64,000 bases of DNA. It comes from Owenia fusiformis. Lineage: Eukaryota. The stretch spans positions 11,532,001 to 11,596,000 of the forward strand of contig CAIIXF020000001.1 of assembly GCA_903813345.2 (NCBI GenBank), in the 5' to 3' direction. Below are positions 1-13,468 of the stretch, piece by piece. The position numbers and the translations under genes were made by a program. The notes under the pieces are model-generated. The model did not search any database. It was not told the origin of the DNA and was given only the letters and a program-made list of their open reading frames with translations. How positions within the stretch are numbered: the first letter of the stretch is position 1; every line of letters starts with the position of its first letter.

Positions 1-116
1 GCAACAGCGATCGTTGTCCTCCCTGGTTCTCCAGTATCATCCATTTTTGGAGGAAATTCTTCTCGTATCGTGTGAAGGTTATTCGAGTTTTCGAGTTTGT
101 TTTGAAAAACTAACAT
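1..116 (-). CDS. Possible first coding exon of an unidentified gene running off the left edge (MLVFQNKLENSNNLHTIREEFPPKMDDTGEPGRTTIAV...)
   Basis: On the minus strand the ATG at 116 has a GCCGCCATG Kozak context and the frame stays open to position 1. TATAAATA lies about 35-40 nt upstream. No recognisable domain. Confidence 0.45.
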   Translation of the reverse strand, partial: MLVFQNKLENSNNLHTIREEFPPKMDDTGEPGRTTIAV

Positions 117-150
117 GGCGGCTTGCTAGGTAGTAAATCCTCTTATAAGC

Positions 151-158
151 TATTTATA
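151..158 (-). promoter_or_regulatory. Candidate TATA box for the left-edge gene
   Basis: TATAAATA on the minus strand just upstream of the Kozak ATG at 116. Confidence 0.3.
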
Positions 159-1765
159 CCACTGGCATATCTTTGTCAGATAACAATACATCAAGAATAA
201 GTTTGTTATATTTGATGAATGCTTCTATTGAACAAATCGTACCTTGCGTTTATTCGGGAGCATTCAGACGAACGATTGTTTGGTTAAAGTCTCTTAGCGA
301 CGGGCTTTCACTTAACTTTAGAGATCACGACCTGCTAAGTCGAATTGATCAAATGCATCTAAATCGATACAAGTGTCCCAGACTTGTCCTAGATCCATTA
401 GTGAGACAAAATAGTCAATTAGTGGCAAAGTGTCAGATAGATCGCGCAATAATTTAATGTAAACAATGCAACGAAATAGTATTGGAATCATTCTGGAAAG
501 CTTACATTGAGAATCGCGGTAACTTTTCAATTTCAGCAGACCACTTCTTCGAAATATGTGAATGCGTAATATACCTTTTGTTATGCTATTTGGTATATTT
601 ACAATTGTTTTATGAAATTGTGTAATATCTATTAAAGAAAACCGAATCACAGAACCTAGTTTTAAGGGTACATTCTTGTTTTGTTTGGATAGAAACCTAC
701 TTGAGCGCAAATTCAATAACACAATTTTAACTGTTCATTCGACTCGATATTTTATTTGCATCAGAATGGAAATGAAAAATCGATAGTTTTAGTTGAAAAG
801 TTAAAATTGTATTTTATTTATAATTATAATTAATAATAATATATAAATAATAATTATATGATAATTTATAAATTTGGAATCATATGGTCATCATCATGAA
901 CTATGGTTGTGAAGAATCACGTAGACATCCGTGAATATCCTATCCAGTAAAAAAATTCAAAATAAAAAATGCAGCGATGCAATTTGTTAATTAGTAATAA
1001 TATTTGTTGATCAAACACTAGAATACCTAGAGTGTCTGGTGAATCTATTGACAAAGTACAAATGTCACAGACAGACAGAAGGAAGCTATTGTCTGTTAAC
1101 CGCACCACATTTTCATTTTGCCTCACCTTTCGAACACATCATGCCATTTGTTACATTCTCATTATTGGATTATAAATGACAATACCAATCAACATCAGCG
1201 TTCTCAAAATAATCGTGGCAATTATATGATACAGACAAGGCATTTGACAGTGCAATTATCGAATTTATCTTAGGTAAACAATGACACGTTTTCAGAGACG
1301 ATGGATCTAAAACGCCACAGGCTAACTCGATGATTCGAACTTGCCGCCGAATAGTACTTATACGTGCTTATATGTATTAGGTTTCAGAAGCATAAAAACA
1401 AATATTTGTGAGGTACTTCAATGTTAATTTGATCTTATAAAAATGTATCGGTTTTGGTTTGATACGTATAGGCCTACCACTGTTCAAACTGTACTTTTTA
1501 CATGTATGTCCCCGGGGATTTGTAATTCAATACTTATACTAGCTTGTATCAAGAACACCAAAAGGTTTGATAAAGTGTAAGTAGGTTGTACGTGTCGATT
1601 ACCAATATTATATCTCATGATCAGTTCATTTGCATTCATGAATATAAAATTTCAAAGATACAATTTTTTTCTTTGAATTGTAAACCTACTCAGAAATTGT
1701 GCGTTTTTATATATTTTTGCATCCAAGGCTCTTCAAGTTGATGTGACGTTTCCGGCATTTACCGT

Positions 1766-1898
1766 TTAAAACTGAGGCCCAGGAATACGTTAAAAATGTT
1801 TAAAAAGTCCCCTAGTGTACTTTTACTATATTACTTACATTGAATAAGAATAAGACTGATTTTTTATCTATGACTGTATACCCGGGCCTCAGGTTTAA
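1766..1898. mobile_element. Small MITE with TTAA-flanked inverted ends
   Basis: TTAAAACTGAGGCCCAGGAATAC ... GTATACCCGGGCCTCAGGTTTAA. Confidence 0.5.
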
Positions 1899-4800
1899 AA
1901 CATAACGGTTTCATAATTTCATAATTTCAACAAGGCATTATCATGGAAAAGCACTACCTGTCATTTGTTACAGGCGCCCACCGCCTGACTACAATCGCCG
2001 AACACCGTCACAAGTTAGAGACCATATTACAATACATGTATGTCACCATTTTTGGCAAACAGGAATATGTCTAACGTCAATCTGCTAATGCTATTCCTAT
2101 ATTACTCCAGGAATACTGGGCAGTTTGGAAATTCTTAGCTATCTGGTATTTTCGGACACTTACAGTACCCGTTTATTCCTACACAAGTTTAGATCATCTA
2201 ATTACACAGGCAAAGGTTAATTAAATTTCTCATGTGTTCATAACGTGAATATTTGGCAAATTGTTGTTTATTCATCTGCGTACGTATGTTAGTAAGGTAG
2301 GAGACTTGATGGATGGGGGTTCAGCTGTTTAGCAACATTCCCATTCCTCTCTTAGCTAAACCTTTTCCTTGCTAGATAAATATTGTCTTATTCCTCAGCC
2401 CGTCAGCGTGACTAGTAATTAAAACACACAAAGTACGCAGCAAGCGAAAATAAACAGCCCGTACGAAGAAGGGAACCGTGTTTGGTAAATTATAATCATA
2501 TCATGATAGAATGTACGTTGAAGGCACGAAGTGGAAAGTACTGAGATGGGTTTAACGCCTGGAAAAATAAACGGAGCCCATTTAGAAGATGTATACATAA
2601 GTTGTTTAGCTAGTTAATCTTTGTTTTTACTGGTGATGTAGAATCTCCAACCATAAATCTTAAAGATGAACACCTTCCTTCGCCATTCCAAGTAAGAACA
2701 TCACAAGAAATGAATTAAAGGGGGGAAAGAAACCCGAATGGAATAGTGGCGGTCTGTAACTATTAAATTCCAAATTAATTTTTCACAACTCTGCCATGGG
2801 TCTTTCTGAATGTGTCAATCCCTGTGAATGTTTCTTCAACATTGACTTATCCCCGCCCAATCCTGTTTCCTCGCCATACCAAAACTAATTGAATTTACAA
2901 GATAATCTCTGCAATCCAAGGGTTTGGATTTTTATAGTCTTTGAGATAATTTTCTTGATGGATTAACATAATTTTTCCCACCATGTTTGCAGGTGGGCAT
3001 TCTCTTTCAGTCATTAAATGGCGTATTGCACGGGTTAACCATCTCTCAAGGGTTTACCTAAACACTAGATATTAAATGGCTTTATTGGTCTTTATCATAT
3101 TTAGCACTTTGAGGAAAGAAAGTGCCTTAGAATACGATTGTAAATGAACCATTGAGGATGTGTCACTTAATCCAAATAAAAACCTCAATCCTAAAATAAC
3201 ATTATTTCTGTGTTACCTTTCACAAGTCTTGACAAAAGTTTTCTTTGCGCGTTTATATTAGGAGGAGCGGTGCTAAGTGCGCACAAAGACGTGTCAATAT
3301 CATCGTTTATAGATTATCGTAAGGCTTTGTTGGAGCTGATCTTACTGTAAATATTGACTGTATGTTTTACTAATAGTATAGTCTCTTTGAATAATAGTTA
3401 CATTTTTTTCTTAAGTTCAGATAATAAGTTAGAAAGGTTGTCTGAGAGCCAGATCTCAATAGGTTAGGAACTGTAATACCACATACAAAGATTTTTTATC
3501 AAAATAAGTTTTGAGGAAGTGCAACAAAATGGTGCTTGAATGAAGTTAGAATAGTTCATTCAACGCGTACATACCCCTCCAAAAGTTTGGTAACTAAAAG
3601 TGGACCAATTTGGATTATGAGGTAAATCCCCGCGTTTGCTTTTTATCGCAAAAACTTGACTACTCAAAAAACTGGGAATCTATTCAATGACATCATTTCT
3701 AATTCCCGAATTTTTCTTCGTTAGCAATAGTCAGAAATAACTAAACAGGTTGATGCACTTTTGATAATCGTCGGACTGACTTTGACGACCTGTAATTTTT
3801 TGCCTTTGAAAAAATATTTGTCAGATGAAGTTAGTATTGTTAAATAAAAAATAAAACTTTACAGTGTACATTGTGGCGAAACAGAGGCAAGTATAATACA
3901 ACGGTCAATGCTCTACACTCATTTATTTTTACTTTCAATTCAGTTTACAAATTCTACAAACGGCAATTTTTTATTTGCAAAACTCAAAATGCATACATGC
4001 TAATATATATGAGAATGTACGTCATCGATTATCCAGGGGTACAGATGCAAAATTCGAAGGAATTCGGCAAATGCAAGATTATACAAGAACCAACAATTAA
4101 TCTAATTTAGAAGAATTTATTAATTCAGCATAATATTTTCCCAACGCGGGTAAATACTTTGAATTAATTCTAAAGGAAAAATATTTGTGTTGCTAACCTT
4201 TGTCGTACTAATTTGAGTATAATAAAGATTACCAAATGTGGGTACATATATACTTAAAATGACAATGAACGTCGGGTTTAAAAAGCTGAATTAGGGGATA
4301 ATAGATATAACATTATTCACAAAATATGAAGATTTACTTAAGTACATATACAGACGTAAATATTATTCGTAATAAGCACGCTTCATGTCACAAAAATGTG
4401 ACTAGTTACTTTATTTCGTAAAATAATGCTAATCCATTTATTGGTTTAACATTTTTTGGTTTTATGACTTCAGAAAGCTGGTAAAATCTCATCAACATTA
4501 AAGACGTTTGTAATGTTTGTGGTACAACATGTATTGATAGTTTGAACTAATGTATGCTTCAAAAAGGTTTGGAAATCGAGCCTCGGAGCAAATCGACGAG
4601 CTAATTTACCCAATTTTGAACACTACACAATGATGATATGCTTTTCAAATGACATGGTTTTGCTGTTATAGTATATTTTACGAAAGAATAGGGAATGTTT
4701 GACTCTATGGCGCTTGCACCCCACGGTTAGGGACAAGGGTATTGTTTATGTTGGAGAGAGCTTTAGCAAACAAGATCAAAATTCCGCGGGCTTTAGGGGG

Positions 4801-5888
4801 CTTTAGAAGTATATCGTATTCTAAGGTTCAAAGCTAAATATGGCATCATTATTGAACAAATCTTTTTTAGCTCACTAAAATTGAAATAACATCTCGGATT
4901 AGAAAACTGAAATTGCAGATTATGTGAAGGCAAAATGTCTGGTGTTTTTACTAAATATTATTCATATGTTTGTGTACACTCACACAACTCCAAAGATCGA
5001 GATGCCCAAAATAAACAAAACTACATAAAAACCAAATTCAACAAGCAGTTGAAAAATCATATCAAAAAAGAAGATGCAATATTTACCATAATATTTTGTA
5101 AAATTGAATAAAGGGTAATTATAATGGTAATTATAGATATGAATAAAAGTAACAAGACACAACAAATACCCGCGGAATATAGCCTCCATCTCATCTTCTT
5201 CATATTTCTTGAAACTAATTCCTTGACAACCATCATGAGAAACCATGGGCTTCTATTAGCTTCTTTCTCGAAGGATGTGTCCAGGCAGAAAGATACAATA
5301 TAAAGCTCCTCAAGATGTCACTAGTAGTCTATAGTGTTAATAATAGTATCAAACTGAAAGTCTAGATGTTTTACACACAACAGTTAGATGGCAGCACTGT
5401 CTTGCATGATGCGGGTTTGAAATCGTAGAGTTTTCTATCGAGAGATGGCGATCATTTCTACTGACAGTTTCTGGAATTGTTTTGTTGTTTTATCTTATAG
5501 ATGGAATGATCGAACCTGTTTTATATCTCTCAATGTAAAGGGTGATTGCGTTCCTATGAGACATCGCCTCTTTAACTTCTAAGTGTATTTGGATATCTAG
5601 ATAGCAGGTAAACGTACTCTCACTCCGTAGTCCGTACCCTGGGCCCAGAAGACCCTGGGGATATAAGTAATTGCTATTAATATTACCATATAGATAGACG
5701 CAACATTAGACTTAAAAAGCGAAGAGGAAAAGAGTAATAAAATACATAAAAATCTCTACTCTATATTCATATCGTGTTTGGAAGATCGGATGAGATATCC
5801 ATTCTACGATTGACTCTAGCGTGTATATCGTGTGATTTGCGTTTGAAAGATGGCGCTAACAGTGTTGAGTAAAACATCAAGCAATGTA

Positions 5889-6948
5889 CAGGGTGGTCCA
5901 AAAATGGGACACTCATATTTCAAAAATAAATATTGATTTTCTCGATGAAAACATGTCACGCTATATACCAGTGGATAGGGATTAAGGAATATACCCTTCT
6001 TTAATTTGGTATATCTTAAGTTTTTATAATGTCTGTCAACCAGCGTCCATAATACAAATGACATATTTCAAAAATAAATTCTGATCCTATTTATGAAAAC
6101 ATGTCATACTATATGCCATTGAAAAGGGAATTTAATTATCTTTAATTTGGTATATCATAAGTTCTTTTTTTGTTTCAAAACGGTTTTTCTAGCACTCGAT
6201 CTTGGCCTAAACTGGTCAATAACATCATTGATATGCTGCTGCGAAAATGAATAAAAACATTATTAACGGACTGATTTGATGTAAGGGGTTCATGGTACAC
6301 CAATTCTGTTAGTTGTACCGATACCTAGTAGTCCCAGACGTTGGCATCGGATGATCCAATTCTGTTTGAACCATCATTTTCGGAACATTATATTTTCCAA
6401 CAGATTGGGGTTCAAAGTCTAAGATCCAACAACACAGAAAAATATTTAAAGGAGAATGTGCCTGTCACACTCCCCTCCACCCAGATCACCCAAATGCCAA
6501 TGTCTGCGACTACCACATATGGAGAGAACTGATAATATAACAGAATAGGTGTGTACCATGAACCCCTTACATCCATTTAGTAAGGACAGAATTGCTCAAG
6601 AAGTGGAATTAATTGTCTCAACAGCATATCAATGATGCTATTGACCAGTTTAGTCAACATCGGGGGCTATAATTGATAAAATGGGGGACATATTGAGCAT
6701 ATGTTTATGCAAAAATAAAGTTGACAAAAAAGGTTTTTGCGAGTTCGAAAAAAACGTTTGAAACAAAAATGCCGTCAGTAATAATATGGACGCTGGTTGG
6801 CAGGCGTTATAGTTAATTTGAACTTATGATATACCAAATTAAAGATAATCAAATTCCCTTTCCAATAGTATATAATATGACATGTTTTCATAAATAAAAT
6901 CAATATTTGTTTTTGACATACGAATGTCCCATTTTTTGGACCACCCTG
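5889..6948. mobile_element. Tc1/mariner-type non-autonomous foldback element
   Basis: TA|CAGGGTGGTCCAAAAA ... TTTTTGGACCACCCTG|TA. Inverted similarity continues inward (6209-6238 vs 6622-6651; 6278-6301 vs 6548-6573). The left arm has a duplicated subterminal block. Confidence 0.85.
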
Positions 6949-8060
6949 TATGTATTCGAATCGTTGTTACAGGCTTTATAGATAGATCATTCATTGAGGG
7001 ATCCACGTCGTCTGTATTATCTCTTGTAGTCAAGCTTTATATAATAGAGGCAATCAGAATGTAGATCATTACTTAAAGACTCTAAACAATGGTAGTGGCA
7101 GTTTTACATTGATGTATTTTTGCAGGTACATGCTCGCGTTTCTAGTGTTGCCCCCAATATTTTTCAGCACAATGGTGGGAATTGGGATCCAGGTTATTCT
7201 TGAAGTAGGAAAGTCTAAACTTTATATTATGTTTCCACTTGAACTCCACATACATCAACGTACCAACAAAGATAAAACAATAAATACTTCAATTCAATTG
7301 TTTAGAATCTAACATACCACATAGCTAGATACTTAGAAATATTGGAAACCCAAAGCTAGTTTAATCCAATATAATTTCAAGTTTATTATCTTGAACTTTT
7401 TCAGTTTTGGAGGTAAACAAACTGCTCTAACTCCAATATTTACAATTAATTAACAAAATGTGTTTGACATTCCCAAAGCATAATATGTGAAATGCATCCA
7501 CGACATATCGAGTCCCTCTTTATCCAATGCTCACTGTAAAGGTTATAGAGGCACTGCCGGATCTGGGATGGGCATTACTGGGCCTTCTAAGGCCTTATTT
7601 TTAATTTTAGGACAAATTATCAAGAAAATGGGCCTTTAATTTACCCCCCCCCCTCCCCATTGTTGGTTTCCAGATCCGTCAAGGTGTGGTATGTAAAATC
7701 AATGTAAATACTTGTTAACCACATAGAAACGTGAATTAAAAGACAATAAAATGAAGAAATAAACTCGGTACTACTCATGGATGAACTTGGATGGACTAAT
7801 GGATGATATCGATATCCAGATCTATAAATAAAGTGTGAAAATAATGTATCGAACCAGAAGACGTGCCAGATGTCCTAATGTTACCATTTATAAACCTGTA
7901 GTAATAAGTCTAACATGCATGTTTTCCCTGTCTTAATTACTCCATCTTTGTCCGTGAATCTTATCAACGAAGTCATCACTCACAAGCTACTGAAACATGA
8001 CACAACATGGTTCATAACTTCAAGATAACATCACCGGTTCCAAGAGAAGGGACGAGATCC

Positions 8061-8138
8061 ATTGTGGGATCAACAGGCTCTAGTATCCCTTGAAATACTC
8101 ACCCTCTCAACAAGAGTGGCTCTGATAAATCAGAATGG
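8061..8138 (+). repeat. Dispersed ~80-105 bp repeat (other copies at 15464-15570, 20924-21011 and partial 18171-18240)
   Basis: Shared TGTGGGATCMACA...CTATCCYTTG...CTGATMAATCAGAAT, all in the same orientation. Confidence 0.65.
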
Positions 8139-9193
8139 GTGAGATCTCAGGCCAAGGTATTTCATATTCATATATGATAGACAGAGGGAAGAATATAACA
8201 GTATGAGGGGGCGAATCGAGACAAAAACCAGACGGCCGAGGTTAGGATAACCAATCCATCGCACTTTCTCTATCCCCTTCAATACGGTTTAATTTCGCTT
8301 CTTGGGAGTTTCGCTTACAATTACTATTGTACTAGTACCAGTCCCTTTGGCATCAGGACATACAGTCTCAGCATCTCCCTGTCGATATTTTTCAATATCA
8401 ATTTCATGATTAATATGAAGATTTAAGGTAGGCCGAGAGGAAAGAGTTACCTGTTTTATTGACTTGGAGCTTATTAACATGTTTATAATTATAACCTTTT
8501 GAATATCGGAGCACTTTTTATTTTTGTTTTATTTCGTTTGAAGTTACTTTGGTAATATTACTGAATAGAGAAAAATTATAAATATTTCAATACAACTTTA
8601 TGTTCATTGAATATACTTTGTCAAACTTGGAGCCATTTTAGAGAGAAATTTTGTGACTGATATAACTGAATCTGGTTATTCAAGGGTTAACGTTATGTTG
8701 ACTTTGTTTTCGTTTCCAAAGTGAGCACATATGGATGGAATATGGGTTATCATAGTCTTTCAATAGCCTATCCAATCCCCCCCCCCACATTATCTTTTCA
8801 ACAAATAAGGTATATGTTTAAAAAAAATTCATTTTGGGACATCCGGGAGACTACACTTTCCGATTTCTTGATTTCGCTAAATGGACGTAAACGGATTCAG
8901 TCGATTTGAATAGATATAGTATTTAAATCGTGCATTTTATATGTTTTAAATTAGTTTTTCGAATTAAAATCGGTAAACTATACACATACAATGGATTATT
9001 AAGTTTCACTACAAATTGAAACTTTGCCCGAGGCCTTTAAAAGTACGACCTTCATTATTTTCACTAGCTTTCTAGTACCAGTCCGGGTAAAGTAGCAGGA
9101 TTATTGAAAACTATCTATAATGCAAGATCGGAAATTCAAGATTATCTAGGTGTCATTTCCTCTTGAGATATTAAGGCAGTCAACCGTTGTTCT

Positions 9194-9268
9194 TACCCTT
9201 CGCGCAGAATGGCAGAGTAGAACGTAGAAGCTCTTTTAAGGAGCAAAGTCGAACGAATGCAAAGGGTA
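9194..9268 (-). mobile_element. Ultra-short MITE, TACCCT...AGGGTA family, 9-bp TSD
   Basis: Flanks CGTTGTTCT / CGTTGTTCC. Body matches copies at 15633, 17351 and 35457. Confidence 0.75.
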
Positions 9269-10494
9269 CGTTGTTCCGCGATCCATTGGTCGCTCCATTC
9301 TAATACTAGCTAATACCCGGACCACATTTGCCTTGCTAGACAGATACTGGAAGACATGTTATCTCTCACGATGAGGATTATCATGGCACCCGAACATCAT
9401 ATCGTGCATGTGGAGGGCACACCGCTTGAAGCCATGTCAGACAGTGCTTCACCGCAGACTATATATTAGCTTTCCATATGTCGTTCCACTGAGTTTTCTA
9501 TGAACTAAAGATTGAGTCATCATAAAAAGCATTGATCTCCGGGATTAATCCGGCTGGTGTCTGAAATTACACTCATTGTGATATTCATCACATCTTTCTG
9601 TTTTTCAACAAGGAAAAGGACGTTTAATCGGATGCCATGATTTCTCATGATGACTCACTCCACATTTATAACACTCATATCATGATATTCCCCAAGCAGG
9701 ATTATGCTTCGTAGTAAGTAGAATCATCTATGTACATAATATATGTACACATCGTATATATCGTACATAGGGAAAGTTACTTTGATATGAATGATGGACC
9801 TAGTTTATCGCTTTATTTCATTCAACTGGAATCAAATCAAAATCACAGCGGCCTTATCTGCGGGGGTAAGGATAATGCATTGATGAGATCTTACTTGTCT
9901 AATTAACATCCAGCTAGTAACTCAAAGGTGTTTCAGAGACCAATATACACTGATAGTGTGCTAATCTGTAATTTCTAAATAAATATGATTGCATTTTTCG
10001 ATTTGATGTGTTTATTTAATGGAGAAAACACGTGACCATTTTGAAATGCCTTCTGGTCTCAGTACCAATACTACACAGTTGGCCTAGCATTGGATTCGGA
10101 GTGGATGTAATAAAAGCATTGTCTGTCAACGGCAATCCAATCAAAATCACATCTGGTCTTAAGCAGACAGACGTAGTGAAATCAGCGTCAGTGAATCTCC
10201 ATTAGTACTCTCAACGTGAATAATTAGGAGCACTAGCCGGTGTTTATGGTACTGCTATTGTGCCGATGGGCGGTGACATATGAGGACATAAAATACACTG
10301 TCCTTAAAAATAACCACACATTGCACCAAAATATTGATAGCAGATATTAGGAGTCAAACGCTTTTACGTTAACAACTACGACGGAGGGTATTAGACTTGT
10401 GTTTTCATCGATCTAATTTAACCAGTACTCAACATCCGGAGGTTCAATGTACACAAAATAAGAAATTGAAACCACAAAGAAAACTTTTAAGAAA

Positions 10495-10552
10495 ATGAGG
10501 CTCAAGGAAAGGACATATCGCTGGATGGTTGATGTTGCTTTGACAGCTGTAG
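10495..10552 (+). CDS. PLPP: PLPP-like paralogue A, exon 1 (MRLKERTYRWMVDVALTAV)
   Basis: 58 nt, G|GTATGT donor, phase 1. Same length and WMVD motif as paralogue B exon 1. Confidence 0.8.
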
Positions 10553-11238
10553 GTATGTGTACATAACTTCAAATATACTTTGTGAATAAAGGCTATGTAA
10601 TCAAACATTATTCAGCTAATATATAGAGAAATATCCAGGTGATGGTCCTGAATGATACACCCGCAGCAATACCTTAAGCTATTGAGAAAATCGATCCGTA
10701 AATATATGAAATATTTAGGGATAAAATATAATCATGGGCATTCAATATTGAAAGCCCATGATATAATGTATGGTTTTGTACATAAATGTGATTTCTAAGT
10801 TCCAACTAATCTAACATTTTATTTTGATAAATGAAGTGATATTGAGGTTTTACATGTCATATAAAATGTGTATAATAAAACTTTAGTATATGATATTAAT
10901 ATTTAGCATAACATAATCGTGTCCTTTTTGGACAATAACCAACAAAAATCGAATAGCAGGTATTACGTGTATAAAGTATATAATCTGATAATATATAAAA
11001 TACTCGTGTGTATACACAGCTGACATATCGACCAAAAACGTACCGGTTAGTGGGTATCGGGTCAGTATAAATGAACTATTGCAAGCAAACAACAAGCATC
11101 AGACAACTAGTAAAAAGTTTCTGTTGAAACAGAAAGATATGTGATGAGTATAAGAATAGTTTTAAACTGATAATTACTGGCTCCATAAGAGAATCGCTGG
11201 TATACCTATTGTACATGTATTATATGGAAATGAAAAAC

Positions 11239-11340
11239 TAGTCTAGCTACAAGCCCTTGTGACCCCCTCTCCACTAACAAGTGTTGAGAATGTGTTTAGT
11301 CTAGTAGAGGGGGGGGGGTCACAGGCTTGTAGCTAGAGTA
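11239..11340. mobile_element. ~100-bp hairpin MITE, TAGTCT...AGACTA family, 9-bp TSD
   Basis: TAGTCTAGCTACAAGCC..TGTGACCCC / GGGGTCACAGGCTTGTAGCTAGAGTA. Flanks ATGAAAAAC / ATGAAAAAT. Confidence 0.75.
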
Positions 11341-12567
11341 ATGAAAAATTAACTCACGGAATAATATAATGCGATGGGTGGTCAAAAAGTTCTCATAATG
11401 TCCCTCTAATCTTTAATTTTTCAATATTCAATAATCGTATTCAATGGAATTTTCACAGTAACAAGGGAACTGTTCAATCTAGCAAATTTGTATAACGGAA
11501 ATGTTATTAGAAATGGTTGCAATAGTAACGATTGCCATTGTAATCAGGGGACTTTAGGATCACCCCTCGTATGTCTCAACATCAAGGAAATGAAAATCGA
11601 ATGTATTACTCCCACGGCTAGGTCACGTCATCTTACGTATTTCCAAGAAGATGGTTCGATTAACCTAGTCAGCTAAACACGGATGCTCATCACACGCTTG
11701 TTCAGGCTCGGAATCTTAATGTAGACGGTCAGAGATTGTGATGAATCGTGCCTCAACTCTTATTCATGTTTGCATCCTGGCGTGACACTTATAGCATTGC
11801 AAATGTCCTGATGGACAGAGCTTTAGCACGGGTGTTAAAACACGAATATACCATGAGCACATGCTTTGAGAATCCGCGTTGTTTGAACCTTCCGCCGAGC
11901 ACACTTATACATTAAGACCCGTTACACAGTCATGATACCGCCGAGCAAGCTCATTGCATCATCGGGTCTGCTTTACCCCCGTGTTTAGAAGGCGCGGCTT
12001 ACATCGATGACATTTTTGCTGTTTAACTTGTTTATACTATTATAGAATTGATTCACAAGGTTTCAGTTGCTCCAACTTACAACTTGTGTTATCATCATCT
12101 TGGAAATCGAAGATCTGATTCGGTATCATTTTTGGAATTGTCCATTGTTGTCTTTCTTTTCTAAATTCGGATTTACGTTTCCATATTGTTTATTATTTCT
12201 ACCGGGTATATGTTTAGAATTATATAGAAATAATCTCAAGTACAAATCAGAATCTTGATACAGTATAAACTATTTACAATAGACGTATAATGATGCATAC
12301 TAGTAAGTCGATCAATTAACAAGATATTACAGCATCGGCTACCCAGAGGCATAATCTAACTATGTACATGCATGGAGCCTTCTTTCAAACTCTTCTGTTT
12401 TCTCAGGGCTGAGAAGACATGTCTGAGATGTCATGGTTTATCACGATGCTTGGACAGGGGTATGCATTCACCCTCTCCTTCCCCTTTCAATCAATATACA
12501 TGTACATATTTCATTCTGATACCCATCACATATTTCTGTATTGCAACTGGCAAATTAGAGTAGAACA

Positions 12568-12666
12568 TAGTCTTGCTTCAAGACTTCAAGACTCTAGACC
12601 ACTGGCTCTTTATCTAAAGAACACCAGCCATCAAAGTAGATAGTCCAAGGTCTTGAAGCAAGACTA
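12568..12666. mobile_element. ~100-bp hairpin MITE, TAGTCT...AGACTA family, perfect 9-bp TSD
   Basis: Perfect 17-bp TIR TAGTCTTGCTTCAAGAC, flanked on both sides by AGTAGAACA. Confidence 0.85.
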
Positions 12667-12968
12667 AGTAGAACATGGAAGGCAATGATCTCACACGATA
12701 CGACGTCGATATTCCCAAAGAAATCTATAACCTGATTACATGCCAACCATTTCTAATATGGACTCATGAGGTGAATGCCAGGACCTATGTGATGTTACAT
12801 ACAGTACACATTTGTAACATATCCAAATTACAATTCTGATTCACAAATCAATGCAGTCCCACTAGCTACAGCGTAAGAGACATCGGCCTTCTATTAGTTC
12901 CTTTCTAGAAACATAATTACCTACCCTTTACATTAGTTCTTCGTTAGTTTGTAACTAGACTCTACGCT

Positions 12969-13468
12969 CACTGTGTAGGAACTCTTCAAACTAGTTACAG
13001 AAACGGATACGTTAACGTAACAAAATGTCGCAGCCTTGAAGGTTCGATTTTTCTTTTTTCAAGATTTCACGACTTTTTTTGGTACAAACATGCGTAAGCA
13101 TCATATGTTTATGAAAACCTAATAATTTGTGAACGAATAGTTCACGAGGCGCCAGAATGATCAAAATTATTCCTCACTATTATGACGAAAACGGAGCGGT
13201 TAAAAGTGCGGATGTTTGACCGTTTTCAACGTTCCGTTTTCGTAACTTAAGTGGAGAAGTTTATCGATGATTATGTCGTCTCGTGAATTATTCGATCGAA
13301 GACGTTTAGATTTTCTGAAACATATGTTGCTGCCACACATTTTTGCCCAAAACGTTGTGGACATTCTACCTACATCTCGCGTAATCAGTGAAAAAGTAGT
13401 ATCGTACATTTTGTTACGTAAACGGATCCGATCCGTTTACTAACATTTTGAAAAGTTCCTCCACAGTG
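12969..13468. mobile_element. Transib-like MITE (500 bp) with heptamer termini and 5-bp TSD
   Basis: ACGCT|CACTGTG ... CACAGTG|ACGCT, with an imperfect TIR of about 55-60 bp. Confidence 0.85.

Noticed and set aside
173-722. 94-aa and 134-aa ORFs near the left edge
   Set aside because: TTG/GTG-type starts, low-information composition and no recognisable motif.
3568-3600. Solo Tc1-like termini (also ~27346, ~44772, ~49061, ~55228)
   Set aside because: No matching opposite end was found, so element boundaries cannot be defined.
4980-5320. Hydrophobic minus-strand ORF or possible exon
   Set aside because: No consistent splice or phase partners and no domain; likely a chance ORF in AT-rich DNA.
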